From an uncultured bacterium (lineage in GTDB: Bacteria; Fidelibacterota; Marinisomatia; Marinisomatales; J089), in assembly GCA_964535735.1 (NCBI GenBank), contig CAZHTM010000001.1, forward strand, positions 89,369-153,368: a stretch of 64,000 bases of DNA, read 5' to 3'. The first letter of the stretch is position 1. Each line of letters begins with the position of its first letter. The translations under genes and the position numbers were made by a program. This document shows, piece by piece, positions 1 through 8,537 of this stretch. The notes under the pieces were generated by a model, which was not told the DNA's origin, did not search any database, and was given only the letters and a program-made list of their open reading frames with translations.

Positions 1-317
1 AAGCGGCTTTAGGACGCACAGCATTTGATAAAGCCATGGCCTTGAATCCAAATACATACAGTTGGCTTCCGAAAGCCATGCGAACTCTGGGCCAGTATTA
101 TCGGGAAAAGAAAATGTATAAGGAATCATTGGCGGCTTATCAGGAAGTAGTGGAGTTGCGTCCCAAGGATGCCAATGCGTATCTGGGAATGGGAATTACC
201 TACTGGAAAATGAATGAACCCCAATTGGCCCGGGCGGCCTGGGATCGTAGTTTGGAATTAAATCCTGATAATAATGAAGCCCGGGGCTGGCTGATGATTA
301 CGCGTCAGGATTCTTAA
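1..317 (+). CDS. TPR repeat protein, C-terminal part (5' end outside window)
   Basis: The frame is open from base 3 with no stop. The translation shows TPR-like helical repeats (ESLAAYQEVVELRPKDANAYLGMGITYWKMNEPQLARAAWDRSLELNPDNNEA). Confidence 0.6.
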   Translation, partial: AALGRTAFDKAMALNPNTYSWLPKAMRTLGQYYREKKMYKESLAAYQEVVELRPKDANAYLGMGITYWKMNEPQLARAAWDRSLELNPDNNEARGWLMITRQDS

Positions 318-340
318 CTTTTTCTTTTATTCTTTATAAC

Positions 341-1471
341 ATGTCCAGTATACAGCGGTTCATCCTGCCGTTCTTGGTTTCTACCATCATTCTCGGAGCT
401 GTTCCCGGTGACAGCCTAGTGTGGGTCGGGGTATATAAGTTCTATAATTATGAAACAGCGGAGGCCGTCGATATTTTAACCCGCGCCCGGCAGGAATTTC
501 CGGAAAACCCCACCGTTCATTTAACCTGGGCCGCGGCACGATGGCTTCATAGTCAGGCTCACGATCCTGTGGAGACCACCTATTCCATTCTGGAGGAATC
601 CCTGGATGACATAATTCCTGTGTACGAAGCTCTTGTAGCAAGTCAGCCTGACGACCCACACTATCGCCTTTACCTCGGGTCGGCTATTGGGCTTCAGGCT
701 CGGGTGGATTTGGGGCGAAAAGAATGGTTTTCCACTCTGGTGGATGCCTACCGCGGCTTTCGCATCATCCAGGAGGTTGCAAAAGCGAATCCGGATGAGG
801 TGGATGCCCAACTTCCGATTGGTATTGTAGAAACGTATGCATCTATGAGTGGATTTTTGGTTCGGTGGTCGGCCATGCTTTTTGGATTAAAACCCAACCT
901 GGATGAAGGACTCACCAAGATTGAAACCGCCGCAAATGAGGGCAATTTTTCCTGGATCGAAGCCAGCAGTATTAAATCCTTTCTGGATTTATGGGTGTTT
1001 CAGGATTTTCCTAATGCCTTGAAGCATAGTCGACGTCTAGCGTTGGAATTCCCCTATAATTTTTACTTTAATATCATGTATGTAGAAAGTTTAAGTCGCA
1101 CTGGTGATTTGGTTGGCGCTCGTGCACGTCTGAATTATTTGGCGGACAGGTACAGGGATTTAACTCCCGTACAGCAGCATTGGTACGGTGGTTATTTAGC
1201 TTATGAAGAAGGATTATTGGCCGCGATCAATGGCGATTGGGAAACGGCGTATCAAAAATCGTCCCAAGCCATTGAAACCTATGGCGCAGAACTGGACGTT
1301 ATTTTGGCCAATGCTTGGCTCTTAAAAGGCATGTGTCTGGATATCTCTAATAAACGGAAAGACGCCCAAAACGCCTACAGAGCATGTATAGACCTGGACA
1401 ATATGACCGCCGCGGTAAAACAAGCGGAACTTTATTTGAACCAACCGTTTACCACCGATAATTGGCAATAG
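341..1471 (+). CDS. hypothetical helical-repeat (TPR-like) protein with N-terminal hydrophobic segment
   Basis: 376-aa ORF with no competing frame. N-terminal segment FILPFLVSTIILGAV; the C-terminal part is helical-repeat-like. No recognisable catalytic motif. Confidence 0.5.
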   Translation: MSSIQRFILPFLVSTIILGAVPGDSLVWVGVYKFYNYETAEAVDILTRARQEFPENPTVHLTWAAARWLHSQAHDPVETTYSILEESLDDIIPVYEALVASQPDDPHYRLYLGSAIGLQARVDLGRKEWFSTLVDAYRGFRIIQEVAKANPDEVDAQLPIGIVETYASMSGFLVRWSAMLFGLKPNLDEGLTKIETAANEGNFSWIEASSIKSFLDLWVFQDFPNALKHSRRLALEFPYNFYFNIMYVESLSRTGDLVGARARLNYLADRYRDLTPVQQHWYGGYLAYEEGLLAAINGDWETAYQKSSQAIETYGAELDVILANAWLLKGMCLDISNKRKDAQNAYRACIDLDNMTAAVKQAELYLNQPFTTDNWQ

Positions 1472-1489
1472 TGCTTATCCCAACGAATC

Positions 1490-3397
1490 ATGACTAATCA
1501 ATACTCAGCGCCTTCGACAATGGTTTACCGACGCGTCACCCGGGAAGTTAGGGTAGGATCAGTGGGAATCGGTGGCCAAAATCCAGTCCGGATTCAATCC
1601 ATGACTACAACGGACACCATGGATACCGAGGCCACGGTGGCGCAATGTATCCGCATGATTGAGGCGGGGTGTGAACTTGTACGCATAACAGCTCCCAGTC
1701 AAAACGAAGCTCGTAACCTGGCGGAGATTCGCAAGGCGCTTCGAAAAAAAGGATACGACACCCCATTAATAGCGGATATCCATTTCACCCCGAAAGCAGC
1801 TGAGATTGCCGCGGAGATTGTGGAAAAAGTTCGGATCAATCCGGGAAATTATGCGGATCGGAAAAAATTTGAGAATCCCACCTATTCCGACGCGGAGTAC
1901 GACGAGGAACTGGATCGAATCCGGGAACGATTCGCACCTCTGGTGGAACGGTGCAAAACCAATGGTGTTGCTATGCGTATTGGGACGAATCATGGCTCAC
2001 TCTCAGACCGTATCATGGGACGTTATGGTGACACGCCTTTGGGCATGGTGGAATCAGCCTTGGAATTTGTGCGGATATGCCGAGACCTGAATTACCATGA
2101 TATTATTCTTTCGATGAAGGCCAGTAATCCGCTGGTGATGGTGGAGGCCAACCGTCTTTTAGTGGAGCGGATGGACGCGGAAGGCATGGACTATCCACTG
2201 CATTTGGGCGTTACGGAAGCGGGTGAAGGAGAAGACGGCCGTATAAAATCGGCGGTGGGGATCGGCACGCTGCTTATGGAAGGAATAGGTGATACAATTC
2301 GTGTTTCGTTGACCGAAGAACCGGAAGCGGAATTGCCTGTGGCCCGTTCTCTGGTTGAACTAGCTACCCGCCCTTTTTCTAAATCCAATGTTGAACAATC
2401 TACATTTCAAATTGCGAACACAATAACAGAACCCAATTCTACAGTAGCGGTGAATTCTATAGGAGGCGAAAACCCACCTCGGGTCATTGCATCTCTGGAT
2501 AAAACGGATCCTCTACAGCCAACGGCACTGGCCGCCATTGGATACCGGTATATCGCAACTCTGGATAAATGGTCCATCAGCGATCAGGCCGCCGATATGG
2601 TATATGTGGGTTCCCATAAACCGGAGTTTCCTTTACCCACAGGATTGACCTTATTATTCTATAAAGAATCTTCGATGGATGGCGTTACCCTTTATTCTTT
2701 GAGTGAACTGTCCCAGGTAGAAGAGAACCGGCCCGTTGCTTGCCTAGTTCAGGAAGAAGAGGTGCTAAACGGAATTCCCACTGAAATCTGTGATTTAAAA
2801 AACCTTATTTGGATATTTGACTATCCAACCTCCGATCCACTGACCGCTTGGCGCCGAATGTTTGAAGCGCTTCGATCCCAAGGGAATCGTCAACCGGTGA
2901 TCTTGCGTTATACGTCACAGCAACCGGAAGATCGCTGGCTTCTGGAAGCAGCGGTTCACATCGGCGGACTTTTTCTGGACGGACTGGGGGATGGAGTATG
3001 GCTGGATGTGTTTGAACCATCCCGATCGGTAGGTGTGGCATTTGGGATCCTTCAGGCGGTCCGGGCTCGCATATCGAAAACGGAGTATATATCCTGCCCC
3101 AGTTGTGGACGTACCCTGTTTGATCTTCAGGAAACCACGGCGCGGATTCGTTCTCGCACTTCACACCTAAAAGGCGTTAAAATTGGTATTATGGGGTGTA
3201 TCGTCAATGGTCCCGGAGAAATGGCCGATGCCGACTATGGCTATGTGGGCACCGGGCCTGGAAAAATTGCCCTGTACAAAGGGCAGGAAGTGATACACCG
3301 AAATATTTCCGCCGATCAAGCGGTCGATCAATTGATTGATTTGATCCAAACCCACGGGGATTGGGTGGACCCTCCTAATCCCGTAGAGGAAAGTTGA
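1490..3397 (+). CDS. ispG: 4-hydroxy-3-methylbut-2-enyl diphosphate synthase (IspG/GcpE), long form with inserted domain
   Basis: N-terminal TIM-barrel text GGQNPVRIQSMTTTDT...GCELVRIT. C-terminal 4Fe-4S module CPSCGRT...GCIVNGPGE. A ~270-aa insert between them, as in long-form IspG. Confidence 0.9.
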   Translation: MTNQYSAPSTMVYRRVTREVRVGSVGIGGQNPVRIQSMTTTDTMDTEATVAQCIRMIEAGCELVRITAPSQNEARNLAEIRKALRKKGYDTPLIADIHFTPKAAEIAAEIVEKVRINPGNYADRKKFENPTYSDAEYDEELDRIRERFAPLVERCKTNGVAMRIGTNHGSLSDRIMGRYGDTPLGMVESALEFVRICRDLNYHDIILSMKASNPLVMVEANRLLVERMDAEGMDYPLHLGVTEAGEGEDGRIKSAVGIGTLLMEGIGDTIRVSLTEEPEAELPVARSLVELATRPFSKSNVEQSTFQIANTITEPNSTVAVNSIGGENPPRVIASLDKTDPLQPTALAAIGYRYIATLDKWSISDQAADMVYVGSHKPEFPLPTGLTLLFYKESSMDGVTLYSLSELSQVEENRPVACLVQEEEVLNGIPTEICDLKNLIWIFDYPTSDPLTAWRRMFEALRSQGNRQPVILRYTSQQPEDRWLLEAAVHIGGLFLDGLGDGVWLDVFEPSRSVGVAFGILQAVRARISKTEYISCPSCGRTLFDLQETTARIRSRTSHLKGVKIGIMGCIVNGPGEMADADYGYVGTGPGKIALYKGQEVIHRNISADQAVDQLIDLIQTHGDWVDPPNPVEES

Positions 3398-3404
3398 GGC
3401 TATC

Positions 3405-3848
3405 ATGAAGCGGTATTGGATAATTCTTTTTCTGATTCAACTGGTGGGGGCGCAACCGGAAACACCCACAATGACGCCCCTCGTCGCCTATTGGAAAACA
3501 TTGGCACCTAATGAAAAGGAAGTTTTCTTATTTTCCTATTTGACGCAGGTTTACGACACATATACAGCGCTTAAAACGGAATATGGATATAATGAGCTCA
3601 CCACTTGGTATTATGATGAGAAAGCGGAGCTGGTTTTCGCCATATTTGACCAGCTCAAAACAGCGGAATTATCCGAATTGGTAACATGGATTGATGAATT
3701 TTACTCTCATGAAACATATGCAGGTGAATCGTTTGATGAAGCTCTTCGATTCGCTTACCGCTTCCAGCAAGCGGAGGGAGAAACCATTTGGGAAAAATAT
3801 CAACATTTAAATTTCGATAAGATAGAAGTCGGAGACGATTCTGATTAA
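3405..3848 (+). CDS. hypothetical exported protein
   Basis: 147-aa ORF with signal-like N-terminus MKRYWIILFLIQLVGAQP. No recognised domain. Confidence 0.5.
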   Translation: MKRYWIILFLIQLVGAQPETPTMTPLVAYWKTLAPNEKEVFLFSYLTQVYDTYTALKTEYGYNELTTWYYDEKAELVFAIFDQLKTAELSELVTWIDEFYSHETYAGESFDEALRFAYRFQQAEGETIWEKYQHLNFDKIEVGDDSD

Positions 3849-4067
3849 ACCCAAATTTATTCAATCCTGGAGTGCTATTAAAAAAGAGCGGGGTTACCAG
3901 GGGTTAATCAAAGAAAAAGGATGGATTATTCTTGGAGCATTTATCCTGTTCTATCTAATTCGTGATACAATTTTGTATATTTTGATACCCTATCTCGTTT
4001 TGAAAGGAGTTTGGTCCGATTAATAATTTTAATTGTTCATTTTTAGTCTAATCCCAAAGGGGACGAT

Positions 4068-5609
4068 ATGTTAGCTCGTGTATTAAGTAGTGCGATCTTA
4101 GGGATCGACGCCTATATAGTAGAAGTAGAGGCCAATCTGACCCGCGCCCAATTGCCCAAGTTTATCACTGTAGGATTGCCGGAAGGCGCCGTTAGAGAAA
4201 GCAAGGAACGGGTACTTACCGCCATTAAAAATTCCGGATTTGAAATCCCCAGACAACATATCACCGTCAATCTGGCGCCAGCGGACATTCGCAAAGAGGG
4301 ATCGGCCTTCGATTTACCTATTGCCATTGGCATTTTGGCCGCCCGAGGCTACGTGAAGCACGATTATTTAAATAAACTGCTTTTTTTAGGTGAATTGGCT
4401 TTGGATGGAACCATTCGCCCGGTGAAAGGAGCCCTACCAGTGGCCATTTGCGCCCGTAAAGAGGGTATTGCCGGTTTGATTCTTCCTGATGAAAATGCGG
4501 TAGAGGCCGCCGTTGTGGGGCAGGTAAAGGTGGCCGGTGTGAAGCGCTTGAGGGAAGTGGTGGATATTTTAAACGGCCAAAGCCCCATAACGTCCGTACG
4601 GGTCAATCGGAAAAACTTGTTCAATCAAAATCAACGTTACTCGGTAGATTTTTCTGATGTGAAAGGCCAGGAGCAGGTGAAACGGGCTCTGGAAGTAGCG
4701 GCGGCGGGGAGTCATAATGTCATCATGATCGGTCCCCCGGGAAGCGGAAAAACAATGTTGGCGAAGCGCCTTCCCACCATTCTTCCTGACATGGTTCTGG
4801 ACGAAGCTCTGGAGACCACTAAAATCCATTCCGTTGCGGGAATCCTCCCTGAAGGCCAAGGGTTAATCGCAACTCGGCCGTTCCGGTCTCCGCATCACAC
4901 CATTAGCGACGCAGGGCTGATTGGTGGAGGTACGATTCCCAAACCTGGGGAAGTATCCCTGGCGCATCATGGTGTGTTGTTTTTGGATGAATTACCGGAA
5001 TTCAAGAAAAATGTATTGGAGGTTATGCGCCAGCCCCTGGAGGATGGGAAAGTAACCATCTCTCGGGCGACGGTTTCATTGACGTACCCGTCCCGATTCA
5101 TGCTGGTTGCGGCCATGAATCCTTGCCCTTGTGGTTATGCCACTGATCCGCGCAACGATTGTACCTGTACGGCTCCCATGATTCAGAAATACATGAGCCG
5201 CATTTCCGGTCCTTTGTTGGATCGAATTGACATTCATATTGAAGTACCCGCCGTTCCCTTCACCCTGCTGGCGGAAAAAGCTCCGGGAGAGCCCTCCCAT
5301 GTGATTCGGGAGCGGGTTCAGCGAACCCGCGATCGCCAGCTTATGCGTTTTAAGGATGAAGCGGGACTTTTCGCCAATTCGCAAATGGAATCCAATCATC
5401 TTCGGAAATATTGCACCTTGGATACGACTGCCGCTGATCTCTTAAAGAAGGCCATGGAACGCCTGGGACTTTCCGCCCGCGCGTATGATCGTATTTTGAA
5501 GGTATCCCGGACCATCGCGGACTTGGAGGATGCTTCTGAAATCACCTCCGAACATATTGCGGAAGCGATTCAATACCGTAGTTTGGATCGGCAATTATGG
5601 TTGGGGTGA
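4068..5609 (+). CDS. comM: YifB/ComM family Mg-chelatase-like AAA+ ATPase
   Basis: Typical N-terminus MLARV.S.AILGIDAY.VEVE. Walker A GPPGSGKTM, GVLFLDELPEF, Cys cluster NPCPCGY, and the C-terminal ARAYDRILKVSRTIADLE motif. Confidence 0.9.
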   Translation: MLARVLSSAILGIDAYIVEVEANLTRAQLPKFITVGLPEGAVRESKERVLTAIKNSGFEIPRQHITVNLAPADIRKEGSAFDLPIAIGILAARGYVKHDYLNKLLFLGELALDGTIRPVKGALPVAICARKEGIAGLILPDENAVEAAVVGQVKVAGVKRLREVVDILNGQSPITSVRVNRKNLFNQNQRYSVDFSDVKGQEQVKRALEVAAAGSHNVIMIGPPGSGKTMLAKRLPTILPDMVLDEALETTKIHSVAGILPEGQGLIATRPFRSPHHTISDAGLIGGGTIPKPGEVSLAHHGVLFLDELPEFKKNVLEVMRQPLEDGKVTISRATVSLTYPSRFMLVAAMNPCPCGYATDPRNDCTCTAPMIQKYMSRISGPLLDRIDIHIEVPAVPFTLLAEKAPGEPSHVIRERVQRTRDRQLMRFKDEAGLFANSQMESNHLRKYCTLDTTAADLLKKAMERLGLSARAYDRILKVSRTIADLEDASEITSEHIAEAIQYRSLDRQLWLG

Positions 5610-5754
5610 TGATCTGTTGATATTTCAGTTAAAAATGCGCAGATGGATTCAGTAAGCGTGTTTTTCCATCGATCATATTTCTTGACTGGCCCAAACGGAG
5701 CGTGTAAACTTGACCTCTAAATAACTCCTAACTGAAAGAAGAGAACACCGATTT

Positions 5755-6195
5755 ATGAAACGATTATTCGTAGTTTCCATTTTCTTATTACTGGTCCAAG
5801 TGGGGTATGGGAATTATGCGTTTTACAGTAAGGTGGAGATTACCTGTGAGGCATATCGCCTGCCTGTTGATCGTTCTGATATGGACTATCGGGATGGCCT
5901 GTTTACTCTGGATTTAAAAAGTCGCAGTCGGAACGATTTTGAGATGGCCATGTTAGTGGGCTTTGCCGCCGTGGGCCGGGCGCAAATTCAACAGCAGGAT
6001 ATGAAAAAATCCAAACCTGATTTCAGTCCCATGTTACCTAAAACGGTTCAGATTGCTGTAACAATTCCCATGGAACGTACCACGACGGTGGTTATCGCCA
6101 CTGCCAGTGGTGAACTGGTGGAGCGCCTGGCACGGGGAGACATAGAAACCACCGAATTCATGCAAATAATTAAAGACACTATTGAAATACATTAA
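5755..6195 (+). CDS. hypothetical exported protein
   Basis: 146-aa ORF with signal-like N-terminus MKRLFVVSIFLLLVQVGYG. No recognised domain. Confidence 0.5.
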   Translation: MKRLFVVSIFLLLVQVGYGNYAFYSKVEITCEAYRLPVDRSDMDYRDGLFTLDLKSRSRNDFEMAMLVGFAAVGRAQIQQQDMKKSKPDFSPMLPKTVQIAVTIPMERTTTVVIATASGELVERLARGDIETTEFMQIIKDTIEIH

Positions 6196-6204
6196 GGAGG
6201 AGCA

Positions 6205-6441
6205 ATGTTAGATCCAACTTCCTGGTCAGGAATTCTATTTTTATATGTCCGCGCTTTGGGTTGGTCCGTCGTCGCGGCCGTCGGCTTTGCGTTTGGCGTA
6301 GGGGTGGCGTTAAAAGTATTTGATTGGCTGTCCACGGATATCGATGAGTGGGAGGAAATCAAAAAGGGCAACATGGGTGTGGCCCTGATTTTTGTTTCCC
6401 TGATTGTAATGGTGGGTTTGTTAATCTATAAGGTTGTGTAA
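6205..6441 (+). CDS. DUF350-type small membrane protein
   Basis: 78 aa with two hydrophobic helices and a central DIDEWEEIKKGNMGVAL motif typical of DUF350. Strong SD (aaggagg) 5-10 nt upstream. Confidence 0.7.
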   Translation: MLDPTSWSGILFLYVRALGWSVVAAVGFAFGVGVALKVFDWLSTDIDEWEEIKKGNMGVALIFVSLIVMVGLLIYKVV

Positions 6442-6463
6442 TTAAAGCAGCCTAAGCATCTAA

Positions 6464-6492
6464 AGAGCCCGGTGTTTCCGGGCTCTTTTTTT
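6464..6492. terminator. intrinsic (bidirectional) terminator between convergent genes
   Basis: Perfect 9-bp stem AGAGCCCGG (6464-6472) / CCGGGCTCT (6478-6486) with a 5-nt loop, followed by a T-run (6487-6492) and preceded by AAA. Lies between the DUF350 stop and the PHP gene stop. Confidence 0.75.
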
Positions 6493-6496
6493 ATTC

Positions 6497-8068
6497 TCAT
6501 TGCACCCAGATTGGATTGGTGTAGGCCTGTCGTCCGGCCTCGGTTTCTACCCAGGCCCGATAATACCCGTTCCCCACATGTGAAGTTGGTGAAAATTCAA
6601 TCGTTTCCTCATAACCAGAGAGGGAACGAGAAAGCAAAATCGTTTCGGCGTTGCCAATTTCACCGTAGTAGAGACGGACCCGTTTAAGCGTGCCCCAGTG
6701 TGAGGAAGATTCAAGATTTAATACAATACGTTTTGCTAGTGAGGTGATGGAATCGCCTATTTGTGCCGATGTATTTTCGCTTTCTAGTTTTAGTTCAATC
6801 GCCGGACCGTCTGTAATGATCGCGCGACCATTTTTTAGTTGGGTTATAACAGATTCAAGAGATAATTCCCCCAATTTCAGAATACCGGTGCGACACTGCC
6901 CCAGAATTTGATTCCGGTGTACCTTGGTGGACCACATGGGAAGCGAAATCTGATGGTAAGCGTTAAAATTACCGTGGGCGTCATTTCCGGCGTAGATGAA
7001 GCGTTTTTCACCGGCCAATAATCCTCGAATCCAGTAGTTCAATCCCTCTTTGAAGGTTTTATCAAAACGGCCATTCAGGATCTGAAAACCGTGGATCGCG
7101 CCGAGACACTTCCGATCAGGATCCTCCCAGATTCCCCGGTTTAACAAAATGCATTCCAGCCGGGATGGTCTGACCCGGGGATGGGCGGCGATAACCAGAT
7201 GTCCATTAGTTATTTTGGAGGCAATTTCTTCAATGGAATGTTCACTGCGGGTACGAAAGGGGTTTTCAGCGCCATCTCCGCTTCCGGGAATAAATGAACT
7301 GAAATCATATACTAGGGTATGGACGTTCTGATCCCGGTGATTTCGCGAGGTAACTTCTTCCGCTGGAATCAGAATCGGCCCCCCGGCGTGATTCAACTCA
7401 GCGATTTCTTCACGCGATTGGTACCAGCGCTGGAGATTTGGATCGGTTTCGGTCCAGGAACCAGGCCGGTCATCCAGATCGTAGGAATGATCCGTGATTG
7501 CCAGGAAGTCCAGTCCCAAAGCGCGGCAGGCCTTTTTTGTTGCTGGGAGAGAGGCCCCGAATTCCACGAAATCCTCAGTATAATGGGAATGATAATGGAG
7601 GTCTCCCCACCAATAAGATGATGAACCAGGCAAAGGATCGGGATCAGTAAAAATGTCAAGATCGAAGGGAGGAGAGGTGGGCACATTGTGGTTGTGTATT
7701 ACTTTCCTCCCGAAAGGCCCCTTGATATGGATGGCGACCGATAGTCGTAGGGCGGTTCCTGTAGCAGGCTGCGGGATGGTAAATGTCGTATCAAACCAGG
7801 GGGTATTCAGATCTCGATAAATTTCAAAGTCATGATTTATAACGGTAGGTCCACCATGAATAGTGATGGCCACTTTCTCAAGATGAATGGGAAAACGGTG
7901 AGCGTCTTTTATTAATAGGGTAACTGGGATATCTTCACCGGGGCCGACTCGAAAGGGCGCATCGGCATACACTTCAGGTTCACGGCGGAAATAGCGGCTG
8001 AAAGGAAGAAACCAGAACCGATGATGGAGTTCCAAATACCCTAAAATTGGAAAAAAAATCGGATCCAA
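6497..8068 (-). CDS. PHP-domain (CehA/McbA-like) metal-dependent hydrolase
   Basis: WWGDLHYHSHYTEDF...LDFLAITDHSYD and later AAHP...GNDAHG His/Asp motifs are typical of the PHP fold. An N-terminal ~150-aa region is unassigned. Confidence 0.65.
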   Translation of the reverse strand: MDPIFFPILGYLELHHRFWFLPFSRYFRREPEVYADAPFRVGPGEDIPVTLLIKDAHRFPIHLEKVAITIHGGPTVINHDFEIYRDLNTPWFDTTFTIPQPATGTALRLSVAIHIKGPFGRKVIHNHNVPTSPPFDLDIFTDPDPLPGSSSYWWGDLHYHSHYTEDFVEFGASLPATKKACRALGLDFLAITDHSYDLDDRPGSWTETDPNLQRWYQSREEIAELNHAGGPILIPAEEVTSRNHRDQNVHTLVYDFSSFIPGSGDGAENPFRTRSEHSIEEIASKITNGHLVIAAHPRVRPSRLECILLNRGIWEDPDRKCLGAIHGFQILNGRFDKTFKEGLNYWIRGLLAGEKRFIYAGNDAHGNFNAYHQISLPMWSTKVHRNQILGQCRTGILKLGELSLESVITQLKNGRAIITDGPAIELKLESENTSAQIGDSITSLAKRIVLNLESSSHWGTLKRVRLYYGEIGNAETILLSRSLSGYEETIEFSPTSHVGNGYYRAWVETEAGRQAYTNPIWVQ

Positions 8069-8069
8069 A

Positions 8070-8534
8070 CTAAATTACCAGGTTGGCAATTTTCTGGAGC
8101 CATTGAGCGTCCAGATTATTAAAGGCATTTAACTGTGGAGAATCCACATCCAAAACCGCGACCAGTTTACCAGAATGAAAGACCGGCAGCACAATTTCGC
8201 TTTGGGTCTCGGAATCACAGGCAATGTAACCTGGAAATTGGGTGACATCCGGGACAATTAAGGGAGTGCCTGATTCAGCCACCGCACCGCAAACGCCCCT
8301 ACCAAAATCGATGGATCCGCAGGCCAGGACCAGTCCCTGATATGGCCCGATGATCAATCGCCCAGGTTGGACCACGCGATAAAATCCCACAAAAACCCAT
8401 TCCGGAAAAGCACGATATAAGACCGACGCCACCGAGGCCATTTTTCCAATGGTATCCAATTCATAATGACCGGGAGCAAAGAGGGCGTTTAGATCTTGAA
8501 GCGCTTGAGAATATCGTTGTTCTTTGGAAGGCAT
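8070..8534 (-). CDS. msrC: GAF-domain protein, free methionine-(R)-sulfoxide reductase-like (YebR/MsrC type)
   Basis: 154 aa. WVGFYR...GPYQG..AC..I.FGRGVCG...VPDV..FPGHIACD..S.SEIV.P motif series, as in single-GAF fRMsr proteins. Confidence 0.7.
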   Translation of the reverse strand: MPSKEQRYSQALQDLNALFAPGHYELDTIGKMASVASVLYRAFPEWVFVGFYRVVQPGRLIIGPYQGLVLACGSIDFGRGVCGAVAESGTPLIVPDVTQFPGYIACDSETQSEIVLPVFHSGKLVAVLDVDSPQLNAFNNLDAQWLQKIANLVI

Positions 8535-8537
8535 AGT

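Noticed and set aside
387-945. Minus-strand ORFs (387-659, 521-811, 748-945), and many similar 60-120-aa ORFs antisense to or out of frame with long genes throughout the track (for example 2805-3164, 13467-13919, 33149-33448, 53363-53809, 63639-63959).
   Set aside because: They lie entirely inside longer ORFs that have recognisable protein families on the other strand or frame. Their translations are low-complexity or Arg/Ser/Pro-rich shadow products with no motifs.
1490-3397. The unusually long IspG (635 aa), read as a possible gene fusion.
   Set aside because: A large domain inserted between the TIM barrel and the 4Fe-4S domain is the normal architecture of the long-form IspG found in many non-proteobacterial lineages and plastids. 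It is not a novelty.
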